A stretch of 48,085 nt of DNA from Nemertoderma westbladi (taxonomy: Eukaryota; Animalia; Xenacoelomorpha). Positions 12,672 through 24,414 of the stretch are shown here, in pieces. Every line of letters begins with the position of its first letter. Within the stretch, counting starts at the first letter, position 1. Made by a program: the position numbers and the translations under genes. The stretch spans positions 1 through 48,085 of the forward strand of contig JAUCBJ010008777.1 of assembly GCA_032718475.1 (NCBI GenBank). Direction: 5' to 3'. The notes under the pieces were generated by a model, which was not told the origin of the DNA, made no database searches, and saw only the letters and a program-made list of their open reading frames with translations.

Positions 12672-14100
12672 CAGCGTCTGGAGTGGGCGTGTGACTATAT
12701 TATTTTATATTTGTTTTTATTATTTTATATTTATGTATGTATTATTATGTAATTTTATTATAATCGTTTTCTTTAATTTTATTTAGTAGAATGTTATTTT
12801 AGCGATTATTTAGTAGATTAGTGCAATATATATTAGTGTTTATTACTTACTTACTTATATTATATTATATATTTAGTGCAACGGCGAGAAATAATTATTT
12901 TTCTCTTTCCTTACTGTCCGTATCATATTATAAATATGTGACTACAGTAAGATGAAATGTCCGTACTTATTAAAGTACAATAAAGCTCCTACTATATTTA
13001 AGTATTATTGGTAAGTAGAGTATTAGGAATGCAAAGTTCAGATCCTCGTGTCTCAGCTAAACCAAGCTCTGGGTAGACCTTGGAAACGACTTGCCTCTTC
13101 TCACTGACATTGTTTCTTGCAATATTGCTCTCATACCGTATATTAAATAATACATATAGTAGCGTGATGTCCTTTTAACAGTAGCGTAAAACGCAAAATA
13201 AATCTGTTAAACCCTTTGACCATCTGTAATTCTAGTCGATTAAGATATCGCGGCACCCACCGATATACTTGAAAGACAAAATTCTAGAATCAGTGGTTAA
13301 CGTCCCCAGACAAGTTCTGGAATAAACCGGTGCCCATCTTAAATATTAACTATTAATATTTATAAAATCTGTCAAACAAATACAATAGAGTAAATACTTA
13401 CAAGTTAACTCTAGAAAATCTATAAATCAAAATTTGTTAAAATTTAGATCCTTTAAAATTCTAGTCGATTAAGATATCGTAGCACTTACCGATACTCTTA
13501 AAAGGACAAATTTCCTAGAATTCAGCATCCTAGTTCCCAGACATGCTCTGGAATAAAATTGTGTCTATTTAATATTAAATAATAAAATTTACGGGAATAA
13601 ATTTAAATTCATATCTTTTAATGAATTTGATAAATTGTCATTTTTATACAATTTATAACATTCCCAAAATTCCATTAATTAATAGATCATGGGAGCGGAG
13701 ATTCACCCTATTAAGTATATTAGTGTGCGAGAATCTCCAATATATAGTCAATAGCCGATAAAATTCATAAAATCATGTATAAAGAGGAATATTGACAATT
13801 AAAGAATTACTATTAAATAGCATCCCAGATCTGTATGCATGAGAATTACCCTAATTCTACTGCTAGCTTTCCATAATGTCACCATGGCAAAAACCACGCT
13901 AGAATTAGAAGTGAGTTAAAAGAACAATAAAGGCTTGCCCCATTGAATAGCATAAGGAATAAATAGCACACTGCTAGTATCCAAGGATACCCAATAATAA
14001 CGTGGCATTCTGGAAGGCACTTGACTAACGGACAAATGGCCCGAATGTGTGCGGTTTGTGACAGTTGTGTGGAATTTGTGCGTTTATAGGTGAATATTAC

Positions 14101-15940
14101 TTTTTATTAGTTGTATTTTTGTAATCATATAAACTCCAACAAGCAACCTAATGCTATTGTTGTAAATTGCACAAAAGAAATATAAGAACAAAACCCGTCA
14201 CCGTCACTACTATACCTACAAGACTATACCTACTATAGACCTACAAGCACTTAATTACTTGCACACTTTTACGAACCGGAACCGCATTAATAACATAAAA
14301 TAAGCACCAAAATACTGCAAAGATAGGTAATAAAGTGTAATATATGGGTATGCACATTGTATGGGATACTAATAGTTTTTGTAACAGAGTTTATCAGCAT
14401 CCTATTATGGCGGACCTTATTGCCATTGCTTTATACACAAAAATGCCAAAATTTTTGATTATTGCTTCCGATTTTGATGACAAAAGTGAATGGAATCCAT
14501 TAATACTTGGAGAGCGATACATAACCACAGGTAAGAACTTACTTCTTGCTTCGGAATAGGCAGAGCAAACCAGGGTAAAATGTAATTCGTCCTCAACCTC
14601 GCCACTCTTACACACCGGACATACCCTTTCATCAATTTCCTGCCGAGGCCTAGCCCATCTACCCACCTCAATTTGGAGGCTATGTGACATTGAGCGCAAG
14701 CGTGCTATCGCGACCCTAAGCTGTGGGGCGTCTGCCAGACTGTTTAAGTACTTTTCAGTTCCAAAATTTGTCTTAACGTATAATCTTCCTTTTGGTGAAT
14801 TTTGAATAGAATGCCGCTACCCTTGAATAAATTGGTCCCATATAATACGCTTGGCATTAATTAGGAATTGTCGCTCATTTTCCACCCTCTGGCTTACCCA
14901 AGCCCAACTCATACCCAGATTGTTCAAACAATCCCGAATGTGGGTCGCCCAATTGGTTACATTGTTGGATATACTGGCATCGTGATATAATATATTATAC
15001 ACCTGTTTCGTAATTTTTTTATCCGACATTTTAATTAGTCTTACCCAGAATTTTATGGCTGCAAAAACATGTTTCACTTTAAGCGGTGCCACGCCCGTTT
15101 CACCATAAACCATAAAATTTGGCGTGCTAGATTTGACACCGTTAATCCTTTTCTAATAACCTAGATGTACTCTTTCAATGTCTGTGGCTTTGTGGAATGC
15201 CCATATTTCAGAACCATAACTAAGTACCGGTATAATTAAAGACTGAAATAAGTTATATCTAAGGTCAAACCCTATATATGGAAATTCTAACAAATACTTA
15301 TTGAGAGAAAATAGGGCCTTGCTTCCCATGTCGGCCAAAAGTTTTTGCGCTGGCGTGAATGAACCCATACACGACATCTTAACCCTATCCATACCGGGGT
15401 ACTTTAGACGCTCCACCTGCCGGGGGGGGGACTTTTGGGGACGTAAAGTTTGGAAGCATATAACTTTGTGTGGTGTAATGATATCACTTTAAAGTAAAAA
15501 GTTTTAGATACAAAATTTATTCCTCTATCCAAATATGCCACACACTAATGCTGAAATATAATATTTATATACTATAATTATGTTTAAATTGATTTTAAAT
15601 TTATATTAAATTGATTGAATTTTAAATTTCCCGCCTATAATAGTTCAGCAATAATATGACAGTTTCAGAGACAGGTCAGTTTACGAGTCATTTTCATGGT
15701 CATAAATAATAATATGAAAATTAATTTTTGTTTTAAGATAAAGAATAATAAATTTTAGGAAAAGTAACGGAATTTCACTTGCAATAAATGTGGTTTGGCT
15801 TTGAACCAAGCAATCAAATAAAGTGCGTCTCCAAAAGTCCCCCCCCCGGTATGGATAGGGTTAATACCCAAGTAGGTGTAGTGTGGCACGGTCTCTATTT
15901 CATTCCCTTTGTATGTCCATTTTTCAGTTAACTGGAGCGT
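14101..15940 (-). mobile_element. 5'-truncated LINE (ORF2 C-terminus, RTEX-like) inserted in BEL-1
   Basis: YTYLGI, IIPVLSYGSEIW, MVYGETG, LQIEVGRW..CPVC..VEDELHFTLVC in broken ORFs; homology with BEL-2 stops at ~14101 and resumes at ~15941. Clade tentative. Confidence 0.8.
15383..15860. mobile_element. TTAA-specific (piggyBac-type) MITE, 478 bp
   Basis: TIR CCCTATCCATACCGGGG at both ends; TTAA at 15379-15382 and 15861-15864; removing it rejoins the LINE frame. Confidence 0.88.
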
Positions 15941-16006
15941 GTAGGCAGCGACGCCCGCTAGCCTAATTATAACTAATTATAATATTGATCAACTCATATA
16001 GCAGCT

Positions 16007-16166
16007 ATGACTGAGTTGATAGAAGATGATCTTGGTATCAGGGAGCGATATACTCTACCATTGCAAGCATTTGTTGATAGCTTAATACGCGGCGACGCTG
16101 GTCCAACTACTACGGAGGACGATGGTCGTTATATCGAACCGCCAATGTCCCAGGAGCAACTCACTC
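16007..16166 (+). pseudogene. 5' remnant of the BEL extra ORF
   Basis: Translates MTELIEDDLGIRERYTLPLQAFVDSLIRGDAGPTTTEDDGRYIEPPMSQEQLT, homologous to 22785-22387; cut by a deletion into the 3' LTR. Confidence 0.85.
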
Positions 16167-17172
16167 AGTTCAGATGACGACATCTATCAGCTGATATGTC
16201 GATGTGGAGCTTTTGGCTTTCTTTGTTCGGCTCGCTCGACCAATCAGAGCGATTTTCATTTTATCTTGTACAGAAGCCTGCGGAAGATCGCGCAATGCAT
16301 TACGGTCTTTGTTTACCTTTTTCCTGAGCCCAGAACATCGGCTTTGGAATTATTCTTAGTTTCAGACTTTAGCCAAACATTAGTAGGCTTTGATTATATG
16401 AACGTATAACTGTTATCAAACCAACATTCAAGTCATACTCCAACGAGTCACGCAAACTCAAGCAAACAAATCAACTCAATCTTTCACCGCATTATTTTAC
16501 TGCTATTTACTGTCGGTTTATTAATTGTTATCAGTTGATGAATATGTTGTTATATTTGGAGAATATCGATAAATAATCATAAAACCCCAATCTTCTTGAT
16601 ATACTGAAGGTAAGAGACCGGTTACATATAACAATTGCGACTTACATTATAGTGGTTTTGGAGTGAATTGAATGCTATTTCATAGGCCCTACATGTGTCA
16701 GTTGCTGTTCTCCTTATATATGACTAAAAATAGTAAAGGTCGGCAGATCAGTGTGCAGCAGTGTGCGGTAGTGTGCATGAATGTGACAGATAACAAAGCA
16801 TTTCCTAAAGAATGCGCTTTATACGAAAATCAATAGCCATCCCGTTGTGTTTAGTGTAAGTCATAACTCTGTTTACATACTTAGAGCGCCACGTCCTAAA
16901 GGAACTGTTAATATTTCCCAAAAGTGAATAATATTTGTCAGAGATTATATATTAACGATCAATCGAATAGTACAGTAGGCCTACACCGCAATAAGGTCAG
17001 AGCATACGAATCCAGTCTCCCTTAACCGTGGGTGAATGGTCGCGCATAGGCTGGCTTCGGCTAATGTAACTTTATGTGTATCAAATACTTGTTATAGGCT
17101 AAAGTCGATTTATAAACTAGAAGACACCTAAAATTGGCAGGTTAAACTGCTAAAGGTCTAAAAGCGCGAACA
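16167..17172 (+). repeat. BEL-1 3' LTR lacking its first ~200 bp
   Basis: Near-identical to 3342-4348; followed by TSD CACTG. Confidence 0.92.
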
Positions 17173-17868
17173 CACTGGCTGGGACAATATAATAATTATT
17201 GACTAGTTATAATTAGCATATGGCCATACATGTACTATTTATTAAATATTAACGTTTGTTAGTGAGGCTGAGCCCAACCAAATACAAATATTATTGGTAA
17301 AAACTAGTCAGTCAGCTCAGCATGTAGATAGTCATAAAATTATAGCTCTGCTTTAGACTTTATCATATTCATAATATTAATGAATGAATATTATAATACA
17401 AACAGTTAAAATAATTATTTTGTATTGCATTGGATTTGCTTATGTTTAAATTTGTTTGAATTTAAAAGAAAATTTATTTTGATGTTTTTTTGAAAATTTA
17501 CATTCATTGTAAATTTTGTCAACAATTCGTTGAAATTGAAATCCGGCCAAAAAGTTGAAATCCGGCCGGAGCCGGAACCGGATTTTTTCTCAAAATCTGG
17601 CTGGAATTCCGGCCCGGCCGGTTATCCGGCACACCCCTAGTATATATACATTATAAGTGATAGAAACTGCACAAATTAAATTAGTTACTGTATAAATAAA
17701 TGTAAAAATAACATAAATTATGTTATAAATAAGTTAGCTTATATTTATCGCGGCGTTTGGAGCCATGTTATAATAATATAGCTAGGTCCTACTGGTTATT
17801 AATAGCTATACCCCGTCTACCGGTAGGTAATGCAGTAGGCCTATATGGCTGTCAGGCAAATTTCCACC

Positions 17869-17960
17869 TATTGTTTACGTGGTATCCAATGACGGCGTTA
17901 AGTAATGTCCACTTAGAAGGACATTACTTAACGCCGTCATGGGTTACCACGTAGACAATA
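17869..17960. repeat. ~92-bp near-perfect palindrome
   Basis: TATTGTTTACGTGG..ATGACGGCGTTAAGTAATGTCC, 8-nt loop, GGACATTACTTAACGCCGTCAT..CCACGTAGACAATA. Confidence 0.9.
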
Positions 17961-19044
17961 ACACCAAATACAATACTAAATGTACAGGCCAATACAATGC
18001 TGTAAAGTCCTCTAAAGTTGTAAAGTGCTAAATAACAACTCGCTGTTAATACTAAAGGTGTTGAGTAATGTTAGAATTTTGGAATATAATATATTATTAA
18101 GCATAGCACTTTTAACCGAAGCACAGCGACATCGTGGAAATTATTGCAATAAAAAACATTTTCCAGCAACCCTCCTAATCGCACACAGTAACATAGACCG
18201 CTAGATGTTTGTAGGGAAACAAAATGAAAAACGAAAACTAACAAATCCTATTCTGTTAGTGGTGTCACTGTCATAAGCCGCGGGTTCAATAAGTACAGAT
18301 TTAATTGCAGACTTTGCACCCGTGGTTAAGGTTTTTACTTTTGGAGTTTTACTGTTTGAATTTTTACTAGTTTCATTATAGTTGAAAAATTTGCAAGGCA
18401 ATGTTCCGCACATGTTAGTTATATAGTTCACGTTATCGCCCGCGTGTGTGTTTTTGCTATTACAATCCTTTAATTTCTTGCACATTCATTTTATGCCAGT
18501 GTAATCAGCCCCTAGCCTTCCGGTAAAACACATAATGAATAAAGTTAACGCGTTAATCTGTATTGTACAGCTAGAGCCGAAACTGGAATAAGTGAAATTC
18601 AAATACTATCTCAGGCCCAGAGATACTCTGCCATCTCATACAGTTACTATAGTTTATGGTACGTACTAAAAGGTAGAACGATCTATAACGGGCTATAATT
18701 TTCTATAAACAAGCTATAACCACCTATAACGAGCTATAATATGAAAATTTACAATAAAAAAACATATTTTAGCATGGATTTATTTTCCTAGTCAGTAATT
18801 TAATTAAACAATTTGGTTTTTTTAGTCCATACTGCTTTTCATCTTTTTGGTATCATGAAATCAGTCATTACTTCATTAGACAGCATTCCACTATCTGACT
18901 TGTCAGACAGGGGAGTGGTCTCCCTATCCGCTGTACAAGCGGGTCCCGGAAGGAACATTGACTGAATGATTCCATGGAGGGAAATTTAAATGTAATAGTT
19001 GACTACTATCGCCAGTTGAGTTAGACACTAACACATTTAGGCAG

Positions 19045-19993
19045 TTAGGTAAGAACCTCTATACTCTTGTCTAATCGTTTCACTTTCCGTCCTTCCAAGA
19101 ACACGTGCTTTATTGTTCGATGTAAAGCTTCTAGGTATAAGTTGTGATGTACCTTTAATCCTAATCGGTAACTATAAGCCCAGTAGTGAAAACCACGAGC
19201 ATATTCGTTTTCAAAGTATCTTCCAAAATTTGCAGTATTTTTGTCCGATTTTAAAGAATCCACAACCTCAGTTAGGCACCGATGAAACACTTCTTTCTCC
19301 TTTATTTCAAGTAACACTCTTAAAGTCTTGTAAACTTCGCTCTTAAGTAAAGAATCGCCATCAATTTTGGACAACCCCTTTCTCCATGCTCTATCAATGT
19401 GCCAAATGCACCATAATTTCTTAGCCGGTTCACCCATTATTGCTTCCCAAGCGTTAGCGTAGGCCTCGGCCATATCTGTCATGATTATAACCTCTGGCAT
19501 TGAACCGGCTCCACTTTCCTTTACCACTTTGAGAAATACTTTCATTGCTTCAGTGTCAACTCTGTTGCTGTAGCAAAATGCTGCAGGAAATCACTCAGCA
19601 TGGTCATCAACTACAAGGAGTGTTGTAAGCTGGAAATCATACTGATTTAGTCCATGTGTCGAATCGAGAGCAACCTCACAGCCTGGCTTACCAAACTCTT
19701 TTAACATATAAAGCTGAAATTCAGTCATTATTATCAACATGAAGTCATCCTCTAGTAAACCGTTGTTGACTTCATCCTTGTCACCTTGATATTTTATATA
19801 TCTAACCAGATTTTCGCCGCTAGTTCTAGTCATCTGTACCCATGCAGCAACGCTTTCGGCATCATATGCTATGAAATACAAACGAACTCTTCAGTCCAAA
19901 ATCATGCGCAATGTTTTTTATATCTTGCCGATTATTAAGGTGCAATCTAGAAACTGAAGAATTGTCTAATGATGTTCGTATCAAATCTAATAC
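19045..19993 (-). pseudogene. MULE-B transposase catalytic region, frameshifted and 3'-truncated
   Basis: ALDSTHGLNQYDFQLTTLLVVDD, IIMTDMAEAYANAW, WCIWHIDRAW (CxxH), NLYLEALHRTIK; continues the 37057-36401 frame across the BEL-2 TSD (GDV-LDLIRTS..RLHL..QDIKNI). Confidence 0.88.
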
Positions 19994-21265
19994 TGTACGC
20001 GCTTTTGAAGACCTTTAGCAGTTTAACCTGCCAAAATTTATATGTCTTTTGATTTATAAATATACTTTAGAAGATGACAAATATTTAATACCAATAAACA
20101 CAACATTAGCAGAAGCCAGCCTAGTGCGCGTCCATTCACCCGCTGGATAATCCCGGGAGGCTGGATTCTGTCGGCTTAGATTATTATTGCAGTGAAGCTT
20201 ACGGTATTGTATTATTCGATTGATCGTTAATAATTAATTTTTGACTAATATTATTCACTTTCGGGAAATATTAACAGTTCCTTTTAGGACGTGGCGCTCT
20301 ATCTAAGTAAACAGAGATATGACTTATACTAATCACAACGGTAAGTCGGTAAGGCTTATGATTCACGTATGAGGCGCATTCTTTAGGAAATGCTTAGTTA
20401 TCAGCCACAATCATGCACACTACCGGTAACGCACAATACTGCTCACTAATTTGCCGACCGTCAATGAATTTTATCATATATAAAGAGAATAGCAACGGAC
20501 TCATGTAGGGCTTATCAAATAGCATTAAATTCAATACACACCACAATAATATAAGTCGCAATCGCTATATATATAACCCGCCTCTCTAACCTGTAGTGTA
20601 TCAAGAAAATTGGGAAATTTGGGTTCTTTATAAATTTTCTCCAAATAATATTCAATCCACTGATATAAGATATGACAACAGTAAAAACATTAAGACGGTA
20701 GGTTAAGATATGATATGAACAGATATGTACAGCGATATGCACTGATATGGACCGATAACAGTTATACGCTCTATAATCTTAAGCCTACTAATGTTTCTTC
20801 TAAAGTATGAAAAGAATTAACTCTAGAGCCGGTGTTTCTGGCTTAGACAGCAATAACAACAAAGTATCAAGTAAAAACAGTAAGACTGAACACTCTCCTT
20901 ATGATCGGCCGAAAAGCTACACGTAGACAGGAAAAATCGCTCTGATTGGCTCAAGCCAAACAAAGAACCATGCGTCCAATGGCTGTTTCCATGTCAGCAA
21001 CCAGCTGTTAGATGTCGTAATATGAATCATCACGGCTAAGCTGTGAAAGGGATTTGGTGCATTGTAGGTTTTTTGCCTTACCATGTCCGCCAAAACACAT
21101 ATATAGCAGAATGACTTTTATGTCCGTTAAAACACCTATAACGGTACCTTGCGGGCGAGGGGAATATATATACAGTTAGAGAACCTTTTAGAGTATTCCA
21201 GCGCCTGGGGGGGAAACTGGATTGCGAAGCAAAGGGGCCAGTTATATCCCACAGAAGCTTTTACA
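19994..21265 (-). repeat. BEL-2 3' LTR (1272 bp)
   Basis: Matches 30762-31609 plus 35968-36395; preceded on the minus strand by a short purine tract GGGAGCGG. Confidence 0.93.
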
Positions 21266-21343
21266 CCGCTCCCAGAAAATGGGATTTGAGTCTATAAAAT
21301 ATACAAAATCACAGTTTCTAATATACGTAAATACTCTAAACAG

Positions 21344-22237
21344 TTAGTCTTTCTTGCGCGGACGGCGTTTACGCAGTTTTTTAAAGCTAGCCAGAGTCCT
21401 TTTCTCTTTGGGGCGAGCCACTTTACAAGGAGGGCTATAACTCCGGGGTGAAGGGTGCAATATGATTGCATCAGAGGGTGTAGGATTATGGTCGGTGTAT
21501 CCGCCAGTCGAAGTACCGGGTTGATTGACATCGACGTCAGGGGAGAGGGGTCTAACGGCTTTGAGAGCTCGTTTCAAGACAGCCGCTCTTACGGGTCCTT
21601 TACGAGTGGTCTGAACGAGAGCCTTGGGTGGACCATAGGCAGTCAGAAACCTCCGGGGTTTAATGGTTCTTTCCAACTCGCGTTCGAGGGCTCGGTATTC
21701 GTAAGGCCGCCGATATACTTCCTGTAACTCGGGGTGTGAGTTAACAAATAAGCCTCCATAGTCCGGGTCCTGACGGATATAATTGATTAAGCTATAGGAA
21801 TGAAGGTCGCTAGGATTAACACTCCTGAGAAATTTACGTACGAACTTGGTTGAAATACATTCTCCGACGCGCTTCAGTAGTTCGTAACTTGATATGCGTG
21901 ATTTCTGTTCGACAGAAGCGAATAGATAAGGATGGAACGCATAAACTCCTTCGTAAGCGTGTCCGGGATAATAGCGATGGCGCGAATCACAATGTAAATC
22001 AGCGTTCGCTTCCCAAGCTCTAATGTAACGTAGTGTGATCATTTCATCTACGCTTTCCAAATCGTGATTAAAAGGGCAATCGAAACTGGCGTGTCCCTTT
22101 AGTTGACAATGGTGACATTGAGTCATAAATTGAGGGCAAACCGCAAAAATGTGCAAATTATTAAATCTGCAATACGCGCAATAAATTTCCATCGCCGGTT
22201 GTTCGTGGAAATAGGAACAGCGGACGTTTGTGTCCAT
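21344..22237 (-). CDS. BEL-2 extra ORF, 3' part: two zinc knuckles and basic C-terminus, function unknown
   Basis: CAYCRFNNLHIFAVC and CHHCQLKGHASFDC; tail KKLRKRRPRKKD; the frame stays open upstream to ~22393. Confidence 0.7.
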   Translation of the reverse strand: MDTNVRCSYFHEQPAMEIYCAYCRFNNLHIFAVCPQFMTQCHHCQLKGHASFDCPFNHDLESVDEMITLRYIRAWEANADLHCDSRHRYYPGHAYEGVYAFHPYLFASVEQKSRISSYELLKRVGECISTKFVRKFLRSVNPSDLHSYSLINYIRQDPDYGGLFVNSHPELQEVYRRPYEYRALERELERTIKPRRFLTAYGPPKALVQTTRKGPVRAAVLKRALKAVRPLSPDVDVNQPGTSTGGYTDHNPTPSDAIILHPSPRSYSPPCKVARPKEKRTLASFKKLRKRRPRKKD

Positions 22238-22386
22238 GGGCGTAACATGGTCTCTCGATGCGCATAACCGACTACGTTGCTGAGAAACATAGTTGGCATG
22301 GCGATAATCGTACGCAGTGAGACACTGTGGACCTTGATACGGATGTAATCGTTGTCGCTGTTCCGGGCGCGATAGGCTGAATCTCC

Positions 22387-22785
22387 TCAGATTCTAGGCA
22401 TATTGGTTCGTCTTACCAGTCTGTTACGAATAGAATTTTCGTGACCTATTCTCGGTTTATCGTTACGACTCCGCTGGGTATGATATTTAAATAGAACCAT
22501 TTCCCTTTCGGTGTCTACATCGTCCGTATCATGTAAATCGATAGGATGGCTGGTAGTTAGGAAGTCCATATACACACTATTACGATGCGTATAGCGAGCG
22601 GTGAATTTTCGATAGTCCAATTCACGCGTAAGTTGCTCTTGGGACATCGGCGGTTCGATATAACGACCATCGTCTTCCGTAATGGTTGGATCGGTTTCAC
22701 CGCGTATCAAGCTATCCACAAATGCTTGTAAAGGTAGAGTATATCGCTCCCTGATACCAAGATCATCTTCTATCAACTCCGTCAT
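22387..22785 (-). CDS. BEL-2 extra ORF, 5' part (132 aa), function unknown
   Basis: Homolog in BEL-1 at 16007-16166 with mostly synonymous differences. Confidence 0.7.
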   Translation of the reverse strand: MTELIEDDLGIRERYTLPLQAFVDSLIRGETDPTITEDDGRYIEPPMSQEQLTRELDYRKFTARYTHRNSVYMDFLTTSHPIDLHDTDDVDTEREMVLFKYHTQRSRNDKPRIGHENSIRNRLVRRTNMPRI

Positions 22786-22866
22786 ATCTGCTATCTGAGT
22801 TCATTAATATCGAAATGAGTTTATATTTAGGCGAGCAGGCGTCGCTGCCTACCTTTCTTTGCCCAA

Positions 22867-22969
22867 GGACAGTGGGATTCTCAGCGCCGATGTACCGTCG
22901 TCGAGGTGTTTACGCCAACATGTAGCAACATCACGACAACGATAACCGGCACAAGTCACTCCACTGTCC
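22867..22969 (-). other. Predicted ~100-nt hairpin upstream of the extra ORF
   Basis: Nested complementary arms GGACAGTGG/CCACTGTCC, GCCG/CGGC, CGTCGTCG/CGACAACG, TGTT/AACA, TAC/GTA; folded by eye. Confidence 0.6.
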
Positions 22970-24414
22970 GTCCCAAAGGCTTGAATCCACTTTAGGTTCT
23001 TTCTATAGGAGAGTTGGGCTACTTTCACAATTGCGACTAGCTACTGTAAACACACCTTAGCAGTAACATTCACCTACAAACGCACAAATTCCACACAACT
23101 GTCACCAATTGTACACATACAGGCCATTTGTCCGTTAGTCAGTGCCTTCCAGAATGTCACGTTATTACTGTGTATCTTTGGATACTAACAGTGTGCTATG
23201 TATTCTCTATGCTATGCAATGTGACAAGCTTTCTATTGTTCTCTTAACTTGCTTCTAATTCTAGCGTGGGTGTTGCTATGGTGACATTATGGAATGCTAG
23301 CGGTAGAATTAGGGTAATTCTCATGCATACAGATCTGGGATGCTATTTAATAATAATTCTTTAATTGTCAATATCCTCTTTATGTATGATTTTATTAATT
23401 TTATCGGCTATTGACTATATGTGGGAGATTCTCGCACTTTAATACACTCAATAGGATGAATCTCCGCTCCCATGATCTATTAATTAATGGAATTTTGGGA
23501 ATGTTATAAATTGTACAAAATGACAATTTATGAAATTCAGTTAATGTATGAATTTAAATTTATTCCCGTGAATTTTATTATTTGATGTTAAAATTGACAC
23601 AATTTGATTCCAGAGCAGGTCTGGGGACATAGGATCCTTAATTCTATGAAATTTGTCTTTTAAGAGTATCGGTAAGTGCTACGATATCTTAATCGACTAG
23701 AATTGTTAACGGATCTGAATTTTACAGATTTTAATAAATATTAAATTAATATTTAAGATGGGCACCGATTTATTCCAGAGCTTGTCTGGGGACGTTAACC
23801 ACTGATTCTAGAATTTGTCTTTCAAGTATATCGGTGGGTGCCGCGATATCTTAATCGACTAGAATTACAGATGGTCAAAAGTTTAACAGATTTATTTGCG
23901 TTTTACGCTACTGTTATATGGACATCACGCTACTATATGTATTATTTAATATAAGGTAGAAGAGCAATATCGCACGAAGCAATGTCAGTGTGAAGAGGCA
24001 AGTCGTTTCCAAGGTCTACCCAGAGCTTGGTTTAGCCGAGACACGAGGATCTGAACTTTGCATTCCTAATACTCTGCCTACCAATAATACTTGAATATAG
24101 TAGTGGCTTTATTGTACTTTAAGAAGTACGGATATTTCATCTTACTGTAGTCACGTATTTATAATATGATACGGACAGTAAGGAAAGAGAAAAATAATTG
24201 TTTTCTCGCCGTCGCACTAAATATATTATAAGTAATTACGTATGTAATAAACACTAATATATTGCACTAATCTACTAAATAATCACTAAAAATAACATTC
24301 TACTAAATAAAATTAAATAAAACGATTATAATAAAATTACATAATAATACATACATAAATATAAAATAAAAACAAATATAAAATGATATAGTCACACGCC
24401 CACTCCATATGTTA

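Larger units (their letters stand above)
3143..17172 (+). mobile_element. BEL/Pao LTR retrotransposon BEL-1, non-autonomous (no RT/RNase H)
   Basis: TG..CA ends, 5-bp TSD CACTG (3138-3142, 17173-17177), paired LTRs, BEL-type gag with three Cys/His motifs, protease, NPADIASRG motif, integrase. Confidence 0.93.
1783..17639 (+). mobile_element. hAT DNA transposon deletion derivative hosting nested insertions
   Basis: Termini TAGGGATGTGCCGG (1783) and CCGGCACACCCCTA (ends 17639); exact 8-bp TSD GTATATAT at 1775-1782 and 17640-17647; ccgg-rich subterminal motifs at both ends. Confidence 0.9.

Noticed and set aside
23050-23250. Hydrophobic antisense frame in the BEL 3' UTR as an env remnant
   Set aside because: No proper start and frameshifted in BEL-1.
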